Shown one piece after another: positions 35,395-42,368 of a stretch of 42,368 nucleotides of DNA (the first letter of the stretch is position 1; each line of letters begins with the position of its first letter). The stretch comes from an uncultured bacterium (lineage in GTDB: Bacteria > Fidelibacterota > Marinisomatia > SCGC-AAA003-L08 > JACNLC01). The position numbers were made by a program, and so were the translations under genes. The stretch covers positions 1-42,368 of the forward strand of contig CAZIYQ010000001.1 of the NCBI GenBank assembly GCA_964543505.1. The letters run 5' to 3'. A model generated the notes under the pieces. It did no database searches and had not been told where the DNA came from. It was given only the letters and a program-made list of their open reading frames with translations.

Positions 35395-36240
35395 TCATGA
35401 TAAACCCGAAAGGAAGATGACGCACATTCCTGCAATGGTGGTTAATTTCAGAACGCCTGAGATTTTTCCAGATACATCGGAAGTAGGATTTTTCCAAAGG
35501 TAAAATATACTGAGAATCAGGGGTACCTCAACACCAAAAATGAGCGAAAAGAAATACCATTTTCCGTACAGATCACGAACATAGGGCAGTGGAGCGAACA
35601 GGCACAAGATCAGCACTAAAAATGTCACTACAATCAGCGATGGCCGGAAGCCGAAACGAACAGGAAATGTCTTCAGCCCCATCTTCCTGTCGCCGGGCAT
35701 ATCCTGCATATCTTTCACCAGTTCCCGGATGAAACTCAGCCCGAAGGCTAATGCAGCCGGAATCCACATCTCCCGTACTCGGGCAGTTAGGGCCGCCTCA
35801 CTAAATAAAAAAACCGCCCCCAATATCCCGGCAATGGTCACATTCCCTGCAAGGGGAATGTTTTTGAGCACGGGCGTGTAAAGAATCAATAACGGCAATA
35901 CGATGACAAGTGCTATTAGACGAGCGGGCTGGCTCAAATAAAAGGCCGCCAGCGTGCCAACCAATAACAACAGGAATGCCAGTACCATGGCTTCCCTTTT
36001 GCTCACCGTGCCACTGGGCAGGGGTCGGCTTGGACGGTTGATCTTGTCAATTTCCAGGTCGAAAACATCATTGGTCAAATTGGCGGCAGCAGTGAACAGA
36101 GCCACGATGGCACTGGCCAGTAACAGTGGCCCCCTAACATCCAGCGCTGAGAGCAGCCAGGCACTGATCAGGACGGAGAGAATGCCCAATGAAATGTTCA
36201 GAGGGCGAATCATTTTCCAGATGGCAATCACTTTAGCCAC
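35395..36240 (-). CDS. UbiA-superfamily prenyltransferase, DGGGP-synthase/chlorophyll-synthase-like clade
   Basis: The protein is predicted to have 8-9 TM helices. The first Asp-rich motif is NLTNDVFDLEIDKINRPSRPLPSG and the second is KDMQDMPGDRKMGLKTFPVRFG. Confidence 0.8.
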   Translation of the reverse strand: MAKVIAIWKMIRPLNISLGILSVLISAWLLSALDVRGPLLLASAIVALFTAAANLTNDVFDLEIDKINRPSRPLPSGTVSKREAMVLAFLLLLVGTLAAFYLSQPARLIALVIVLPLLILYTPVLKNIPLAGNVTIAGILGAVFLFSEAALTARVREMWIPAALAFGLSFIRELVKDMQDMPGDRKMGLKTFPVRFGFRPSLIVVTFLVLILCLFAPLPYVRDLYGKWYFFSLIFGVEVPLILSIFYLWKNPTSDVSGKISGVLKLTTIAGMCVIFLSGLS

Positions 36241-36309
36241 GGGTCACATCTCCCAGCGGCAGCAGAATTGTTTCTGCTGCTGAAAAATGTAGATTTATTC
36301 GATATTGAC

Positions 36310-37158
36310 TCATTGGATCTCTGCCACACGGGGAATCCCCTGGAGGTCATTGTGAAAAGTGATACTGAATTTGGCCTCTGTAAATAATTTACGGATTGCT
36401 TCAAGCTGATTTTCTCCGCCCAACTCAAGCAGCATGATACCACCGGGATTCAGCAGTTTTCTGCAGCGACCAAAATGACGATAGAAGCTCAATCCGTCGG
36501 CATTATCGGTTAGCGCTTGCCGGGGATCATAATTTTTTACTTCGATTTGCAGACCGTCCAACTCGTCCACACTTACATAGGGAGGATTTGACACGACCAC
36601 ATCAAAGCTGCTCTTAATCTCATCCTGTAGAAAGTCATGATGTCTGAAGGAAACATTGGAAGTCAGAAATTTTTCAGCATTTTCTTTGGCGATTGCCAGG
36701 GCTGCCTTCGAAATGTCAGTAGCGATAACGGTCTCTGCGAGGTCCTCCAGTATCAGAGTGATGGCAATACAGCCGGAGCCGGTACCGACTTCCAGCACCG
36801 ATGAGACGGGGCCTCTCTTTTTCAAAATTTCGATCAGCAGTTCGGTTTCCGGCCGGGGAATCAGCACCTCCGGCGATACCTTGAAATCCCGTCCGTAAAA
36901 AGGAGCAATGCCAATAATGTGTTGAAAGGGCTCCCCTTTGATTCGGCGCAGTACGAAAGATCGGAAGGTCTCCAGCTCATCCCGGGATAAGGGCTGTTCA
37001 AACAGCAAATACAGGTCGAGCCGTTTGAGGTTTAGGATATGCCCGAGAAACCATTCCAGCTCGCGCCGGGCATTAGGGATATTGTGGGTATTAAAATAGC
37101 CCTCACCCCATTTGATGAGGTCGATGATCCGCCATGTTTTGGAATCCCCCGCGGTCAC
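36310..37158 (-). CDS. prmC: Release-factor glutamine N5-methyltransferase
   Basis: VLEVGTGSGCIAI (SAM motif I), VVSNPPYV (NPPY), and the position directly downstream of prfA. Confidence 0.9.
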   Translation of the reverse strand: MTAGDSKTWRIIDLIKWGEGYFNTHNIPNARRELEWFLGHILNLKRLDLYLLFEQPLSRDELETFRSFVLRRIKGEPFQHIIGIAPFYGRDFKVSPEVLIPRPETELLIEILKKRGPVSSVLEVGTGSGCIAITLILEDLAETVIATDISKAALAIAKENAEKFLTSNVSFRHHDFLQDEIKSSFDVVVSNPPYVSVDELDGLQIEVKNYDPRQALTDNADGLSFYRHFGRCRKLLNPGGIMLLELGGENQLEAIRKLFTEAKFSITFHNDLQGIPRVAEIQ

Positions 37159-37166
37159 ACTGTGAC

Positions 37167-38228
37167 TTAGGCCTCATCAATCTTGATTTTCATATCTTCG
37201 ATCTTGAGGTTTTCGATCACCTCGGCCAGGTCTCCATCGAGAATAGCATTTAGTTTATACAGCGTGAGATTGATGCGATGATCGGTCAGTCTGCCCTGGG
37301 GGAAATTATAGGTGCGGATCTTAGCACTTCGATCGCCGGTGGAGACCATAGATTTCCGGGTTTTGGCTCTTTCGTCAGAGAGTTTTTTTTGTTTCATTTC
37401 ATAGAGACGAGCCCGAAGCACTTTCATGGCCCTTTCGCGGTTTTTGTGCTGGGATTTTTCATCCTGACAAGTGACTACCAGCCCTGATGGAAGATGCGTA
37501 ATGCGGATGGCAGATTCGGTTTTATTGACATGCTGCCCGCCGGCACCTGATGATCGGTAAGTATCAATTTTCAGATCCTCGTCATTGATTTCCATATCAA
37601 CTTCTTCAGCTTCCGGCAGGACTGCAACGGTGGCCGCGCTGGTATGCAGTCTTCCACTGGATTCCGTCGCCGGAACTCTCTGAACCCTGTGAACGCCAGA
37701 TTCAAATTTTAAATCTCCATAAGCACCGTTGCCGATGATGCTGACCACGACTTCTTTGATACCACCGCTTTCTGAACCACTCATATCCAGCAGTTCGGTT
37801 TTCCAGTTGCGCTGTTCAGCATAGCGCATATACATTCTGTAGAGATCAGAGGCAAACAGAGCCGCTTCTTCACCCCCCGTCCCGCTGCGAATTTCAAGGA
37901 TAGTATTTTTGTCATCATCAGGGTCTATGGGGATCAGCAAGATCTTTAATTTTTCTTCCAGTGCAGCCAATTGTGTTTTGAGCTCACCGATTTCCTCTTT
38001 GACCAGTTCTTTTAACTCGTCGTCATTCCCCTGGAGTACCTCTTCATCTTCCTTAAGCTGGTTGCTAATTTCCACGTACTGTCTGGATTTCTCAACCAGT
38101 TCCTCCATGTGTCTGCGCTCGCGCATGAGGTTTTGATAATTTTTCATATCCGAAATAATATCGGGTTGCTGAAGCTTCTCTTCCAGGTTTCGATATTGTT
38201 CCAGGATGGCTTTTGTTTTGTCGATCAT
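37167..38228 (-). CDS. prfA: Peptide chain release factor 1
   Basis: The PAT tripeptide in [10 protein letters not shown] is RF1-specific. [23 protein letters not shown] carries the GGQ motif. Confidence 0.95.
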   Translation of the reverse strand: MIDKTKAILEQYRNLEEKLQQPDIISDMKNYQNLMRERRHMEELVEKSRQYVEISNQLKEDEEVLQGNDDELKELVKEEIGELKTQLAALEEKLKILLIPIDPDDDKNTILEIRSGTGGEEAALFASDLYRMYMRYAEQRNWKTELLDMSGSESGGIKEVVVSIIGNGAYGDLKFESGVHRVQRVPATESSGRLHTSAATVAVLPEAEEVDMEINDEDLKIDTYRSSGAGGQHVNKTESAIRITHLPSGLVVTCQDEKSQHKNRERAMKVLRARLYEMKQKKLSDERAKTRKSMVSTGDRSAKIRTYNFPQGRLTDHRINLTLYKLNAILDGDLAEVIENLKIEDMKIKIDEA

Positions 38229-39217
38229 CAGCCTATGGCCTCCGCGGTATATTCTTGGCCTTCATATTCTGCTAATTTTTCGCCAAAAGCCGTTTTAAGT
38301 GATTGGATGGCGACTTCCAATTGTTCATCGTCAGGAGGTTTGGTCGTGATCCGCTGGAGCCAGAGTCCCGGTGCGGAGAGCATCCTGAAAAAGGCTTTAT
38401 CCCGATGACTCGCGGTCAGTTTGAGAACTTCATAGCCCAAGCCGGCTACCAGGGGAATGAGCGGTAAATGTATGACTAGGCGCATCCATACTTTTATGTC
38501 TCCGACAATGAGTACGAGAACGGAATCGATTACAGCAAAAGTGAGGATTGCCACCAGCATGATGATAAAGAGGAAACTGGTTCCGCATCTCGGATGGAAG
38601 GTGGAAAATTCCCGGGCATTTTCAACGGCGAGCTTTTTACCGGCCTCGAAAGTGAAAACAGTTTTGTGTTCGGCACCGTGATACTGGAAAAGCCGCTTAA
38701 TATCCTTCAACAGCGATATGATAAGAAGATAGACCAGGAAGAAGACGATCCGGAATAACCCGGAGATGAGATTGAAAGTGAAGGGATCGTTGTCTTTGTC
38801 GAATAACCAGGTTGTCAGTCCGATGGGTGCGGCGAAAAATAAGCCTATCGCCAGAACTATGGCGAAGGCAGTAGTGAGGTTTTCTAAAAATTTGTTTTTT
38901 GGTTTTTCTGATTCATCAGGCATGGCGATTTCGGCAGACCATTGCAGGGTTTTCATGCCGATTTTGAGAGCTTCGAATAAGCCGATGATGCCCCGCAGGA
39001 TGGGGATCTTCAGCCTGGGTTTTCGGTCCGTGGCAGAGGAGAATTCATTCCGGATCGTTTGAATTTTACCCTGTGGATCTCGCACGGCTGTAGCGTAAGC
39101 ACCAGGCACCCGCATCATAACACCTTCGATAACCGCCTGTCCCCCGACGAGAATATTGGGTTTTGCTACAATCAGCAGCAGAATTTTTTTGATCCATTTG
39201 AATTTGTTTTTTTGCAT
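38228..39217 (-). CDS. DUF1385-family membrane-associated metal-dependent protein
   Basis: [20 protein letters not shown] and HPRCGTSF motifs. The stop overlaps the prfA ATG by 1 nt. I recall this family being linked to prfA/prmC in several phyla. Confidence 0.8.
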   Translation of the reverse strand: MQKNKFKWIKKILLLIVAKPNILVGGQAVIEGVMMRVPGAYATAVRDPQGKIQTIRNEFSSATDRKPRLKIPILRGIIGLFEALKIGMKTLQWSAEIAMPDESEKPKNKFLENLTTAFAIVLAIGLFFAAPIGLTTWLFDKDNDPFTFNLISGLFRIVFFLVYLLIISLLKDIKRLFQYHGAEHKTVFTFEAGKKLAVENAREFSTFHPRCGTSFLFIIMLVAILTFAVIDSVLVLIVGDIKVWMRLVIHLPLIPLVAGLGYEVLKLTASHRDKAFFRMLSAPGLWLQRITTKPPDDEQLEVAIQSLKTAFGEKLAEYEGQEYTAEAIG

Positions 39218-39412
39218 GTTTTTCCGGGTCCAACCCTGTTCCGGAGCCGTATCTGTCGGGAGCTGGCAGTTTCCTTATTCGTTATTATTTCAAGTTTCCC
39301 TGTGATGATCAGATTGACTTCTGTGAAGCAAATGACGGATTACAACCGAAAACAGGAACGTAAAGATACGATTTTTACCTTTTACGGAACCGAGGCTCTT
39401 TTCTGACGGAAA

Positions 39413-40000
39413 TCAGTTTCCGGACTTCGGCTGTGGGAGCAGAAGTTCTTCCAGACTGTGTTTTGGCACATGGTGGGTCATGTCTGGTTCCCGCCAGTAG
39501 CGGGAGTCCCCCCCTGGTTGTAAGGAATCGATGACAATTTTTTCTTTGGGGATGCCCAGGGCGAGGACGAGTTTGATCTCATAGCGCTCCCCCAATGCGC
39601 AAATCTCTTTCAGTCGATTTTTACGTATGGCAGCCACGATGCAACCCCCCATATCCTTTTCGGCAGCAGCCAGCAGAATCGTCTGTGCAGCGATGCCCAG
39701 ATCATACTCTATCCAGCGATTTGGTAGCTGGGTGTCGTGTGTCATCACAATATAGGCTGTTGGCCGTTCATCGGGAACAGGCCCCGGCCAGTCCTTTAGA
39801 AAACCGGCCCAGGCGAGAGTTTTAAAAATCTCGTCATTTCGTGCCGGATCGCTGCAGATCTGATAACGGATGGTCTGCATGTTTTTGGCGCATCCCGTGA
39901 ACCTGGCATGGTCGATCAGATCGATGAGGATCTGTTCCGCTACGGGTTCAGGCTTAAAGCGCCGGAAGCTTCGGTTTTGTTTTACCAGGTCTTTCAACAT
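39413..40000 (-). CDS. Nitroreductase-family flavoprotein
   Basis: NRSFRRF near the N-terminus, DLGIAAQTILLAA, and a size of 195 aa. Confidence 0.8.
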   Translation of the reverse strand: MLKDLVKQNRSFRRFKPEPVAEQILIDLIDHARFTGCAKNMQTIRYQICSDPARNDEIFKTLAWAGFLKDWPGPVPDERPTAYIVMTHDTQLPNRWIEYDLGIAAQTILLAAAEKDMGGCIVAAIRKNRLKEICALGERYEIKLVLALGIPKEKIVIDSLQPGGDSRYWREPDMTHHVPKHSLEELLLPQPKSGN

Positions 40001-40170
40001 CGCAATTCCCTACCATGACATTAGATTTGTTTACCGGGGTTCAAGGCGAACACAGTTGGGATAATACCTCATTAAATCTGCTGAAAATTATCCGCGGTTC
40101 AGGCCTAATTTTACGGTGTTTAAGGTAAGCGAATTAATTCAATTTAAGAGTATAGCAGGAGCTTATTTTC

Positions 40171-41556
40171 ATGAGAAAATCCACAAATGCCGTCGAAGTC
40201 AATCAAAACATTCTGGAAATGGAATACGCCGTGCGCGGGGCCATCCCCCAAAGGGCGGCCGAGCTGACAGAAGCAGGGAGAAAAATCATACCCTGCAATA
40301 TCGGAAACCCACAGGCACTGGGTCAGGAACCCTTAAGCTATTATCGTCAGGTAATGAGTCTGGTACTGAATCCCGCTAACGATGCCCAGAGTAACTACCC
40401 CGAGGATATTTCGTCAACGGCTCAGTTCATCCTGCAAAAGATGCCGGTGGGAACCGGTGCCTACACCGCCAGTAATGGACCTCTTTTTATCCGCCAGGCC
40501 ATCGCTCGTTTCGTCGATGAGCGTGATGGCGACAACGAAGCCGAATTCGTGGCTTCCGATCCGGATCAGATCTTCCTGACGAATGGTGCCAGTGAAGCTG
40601 CAAAATATATCCTCGATCTGCTCATCTCCGGGCCAAAGGACGGTATCATGATCCCTACCCCCCAATACCCGCTGTATTCAGCCACCATTCGGAAATGCGG
40701 AGGCACACAGGTAAACTATTACCCCGATGAGGACCGTGGCTGGGTAATCGAACAAGATATTCTTGAAGAAGCTTATCGCTCTGCCGAATCAAAGGGCGTT
40801 TCCGTAAAATGTATTGTTGTGATCAATCCGGGCAATCCCACCGGAGCCATTGCTGATGAAACCACGATCAGGCAGGTGATTGATTTTGCAGAGGAGAAAG
40901 GCCTGGCCATCATTGCCGACGAGGTATATCAGGAAAATATGTACGGCACCGCCTTCAGCTCATTTGCAGCGGTTTTGGGGAAAAGAGATGTGACGCTTTT
41001 TAGTCTTCACAGCATTTCGAAAGGATATTCAGGAGAATGCGGACACAGGGGCGGCTATCTCGAAGTTCGCAATGCGCCGGCAGTTAGGGGAACAAAATTG
41101 AATTTATTGGATGTTCTGCATAAACTGGCCTCGGTGAGTTTGTGCTCAAATACGGTAGGGCAGATTTTAACTTATCTAATGGTAACACCGCCGAAAGAAG
41201 GCCAGCCGTCTTACGATTGTTTCGTTCGTGAAAAAACTTATATTCTCGGAGAGCTCTACAGTAAGGCGACGATGATAAAGTCAGCCTTTGAAAAAATGGA
41301 TGGAGTTGTTTCCTTTGGCCGCATCGGGGCTATGTATTTATTCCCGCGCCTGGATGTTATGCCAACAGGGAAAACGGATTTTGACTATTGCATGAGCTTG
41401 CTGGAGAGTACCGGGCTCTGTACCGTGAACGGATTGGGTTTTGGCCAAAAAGAAGGAACCGCTCATTTGCGGATCGCATTTTTACCCCCGAGAGAACTCC
41501 TCGAAGAGGTTCTGCCGAAGTGGATTGACTTTCACAATCGGTACGTACACCAATAG
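40171..41556 (+). CDS. Alanine aminotransferase (class I, eukaryote/plant-type ALT subgroup)
   Basis: AGGAG is upstream of the ATG. Motifs: CNIGNPQALGQEP, PQYPLYSA, INPGNPTG, ADEVYQEN, and SISKGYSGECGHRGGY (PLP Lys). Confidence 0.85.
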   Translation: MRKSTNAVEVNQNILEMEYAVRGAIPQRAAELTEAGRKIIPCNIGNPQALGQEPLSYYRQVMSLVLNPANDAQSNYPEDISSTAQFILQKMPVGTGAYTASNGPLFIRQAIARFVDERDGDNEAEFVASDPDQIFLTNGASEAAKYILDLLISGPKDGIMIPTPQYPLYSATIRKCGGTQVNYYPDEDRGWVIEQDILEEAYRSAESKGVSVKCIVVINPGNPTGAIADETTIRQVIDFAEEKGLAIIADEVYQENMYGTAFSSFAAVLGKRDVTLFSLHSISKGYSGECGHRGGYLEVRNAPAVRGTKLNLLDVLHKLASVSLCSNTVGQILTYLMVTPPKEGQPSYDCFVREKTYILGELYSKATMIKSAFEKMDGVVSFGRIGAMYLFPRLDVMPTGKTDFDYCMSLLESTGLCTVNGLGFGQKEGTAHLRIAFLPPRELLEEVLPKWIDFHNRYVHQ

Positions 41557-41587
41557 AAGCAGTTATTCAGAGCCATAATGTGGTTGA

Positions 41588-42368
41588 TTAAAATCCGTGT
41601 TTTAGACTGAAGGCCGTGACCACACCAGCCGAGCCCAGGTCCTGAAAACCGATGTCGATGGTGAAGAGTTTAAATTTTATACCAAATCCTCCGGCCATAC
41701 CCGAAATGAATTTCTCGTTGAAACTCCCGTTTTCAAGGTTTTTCTTATAACTGCTGGTACTTAGGCGCAGGGTCACATTATCAGAGGTGAATAATTCAGC
41801 GGTTGCGATGTAACGAATCTCATCGTGGCGGTAGTTGACAGCATCCATACTAAGAATCGCAGGTAAATGCTTGGGGCGATAATCCAGTGCAACCCTGAAA
41901 GCTAGTGGCAGGGCTTCGCGGGTACTTCCATAGGGGTCAATGCTGCGTCCCAGGTTTTCGAGAGACAGGCCGACGCCCAGGCGCCGCTTTAACAAGCGTG
42001 TGCGCAATCCCAGATCTACGGCGAGTCCCGATGCCTTAGCCGATGCTAATTTGCTGTAAAAATAGTTCAGCGAGACCCCGTAAGAAAAACTATTCAGCAG
42101 AGTAGATTTCCAGCTTGTGCGAAGCAAGATATCACTGGCGGTAAAACGGTTCAGGGTTTCACTGTCTTCCAGGGAACCATAATTAATGTTTAATAGAGAG
42201 AATCCCACCACTCCTGTGCGAAGAGGGGAGACTGCCGAAATATTGTGCAGTCGGATCGAGGCCGGATAGAGGGCATAGTTCAATTGCAGCCAGAGGCGAT
42301 CGGCTGAAAGGGTTGCAGGATTTTCAGCAGGTTCAGTCGTGGAGACCGAGCTCCTGCCACCGGACAGA
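41588..42368 (-). CDS. Outer-membrane beta-barrel protein, possibly PorQ-like T9SS-associated (N-terminus outside the window)
   Basis: The track ORF starts at TTG 42283, but the frame stays open to the window end (...GGRSSVSTTEPAENPATLSADRLWLQLNYALY...). The sequence shows an alternating beta-strand pattern and a C-terminal ...FSLKHGF with terminal Phe typical of OMPs. The PorQ assignment is a weak recollection only. Confidence 0.45.
   Translation of the reverse strand, partial: LSGGRSSVSTTEPAENPATLSADRLWLQLNYALYPASIRLHNISAVSPLRTGVVGFSLLNINYGSLEDSETLNRFTASDILLRTSWKSTLLNSFSYGVSLNYFYSKLASAKASGLAVDLGLRTRLLKRRLGVGLSLENLGRSIDPYGSTREALPLAFRVALDYRPKHLPAILSMDAVNYRHDEIRYIATAELFTSDNVTLRLSTSSYKKNLENGSFNEKFISGMAGGFGIKFKLFTIDIGFQDLGSAGVVTAFSLKHGF

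Noticed and set aside
37167-38228. Checked for a programmed +1 frameshift in the release-factor gene
   Set aside because: The protein is RF1 (PAT motif), not RF2. The ORF is uninterrupted and no frameshift site is expected.
1-42368. Scan for tRNA, rRNA, tmRNA, CRISPR arrays, IS elements, integrases and prophage genes
   Set aside because: I found no T-loop (GGTTCGAATCC-like) context in any intergenic gap, no spaced direct repeats and no transposase- or integrase-like ORFs. All gaps over 150 bp (2358-2536, 5384-5842, 16839-17080, 21262-21467, 35226-35394, 39218-39412, 40001-40170) look like promoter or leader regions. A covariance-model scan (Infernal/Rfam, tRNAscan-SE) would be needed to be certain.

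Overview
This is a gene-dense 42.4-kb bacterial chromosomal window with about 40 CDS. I saw no rRNA, tRNA, CRISPR array, transposase or integrase. Most of it is housekeeping: metY-like/hom, PNP/rlmN, moxR/DUF58, dapF, plsY and plsC. A minus-strand co-directional array of about 18 kb (40000 down to 22104) carries nitroreductase, DUF1385-prfA-prmC, a UbiA prenyltransferase, dnaE, dtd, a B12-binding mutase subunit, an acyl-CoA carboxyltransferase, pepP, a methyltransferase, two HADs, a cupin, an M48 protease, a lipase and plsC. Many of these genes have 1-4 nt start/stop overlaps. A T9SS-type C-terminal sorting domain, a possible PorQ-like barrel and dockerin modules suggest an FCB-superphylum-like organism; this is inference only. 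The accessory-looking part is 2.5-11.8 kb. It starts with a 948-aa exported protein made of four ~160-aa cysteine-bracketed tandem repeats plus a dockerin and a T9SS tail. That gene is divergently transcribed, across a 459-bp motif-rich control region, from a tight three-gene cassette. Gene 1 is an NtrC-type AAA+ protein with no GAFTGA loop and no HTH, ending in a DUF4384-like domain. Gene 2 is an exported double beta-helix/dockerin protein. Gene 3 is a cytoplasmic TPR-CHAT (caspase-like) protease with an intact His/Cys dyad. I consider this cassette the best candidate for an undescribed NTPase-plus-caspase-like system. All family calls come from reading motifs by eye; no database or HMM searches were run.
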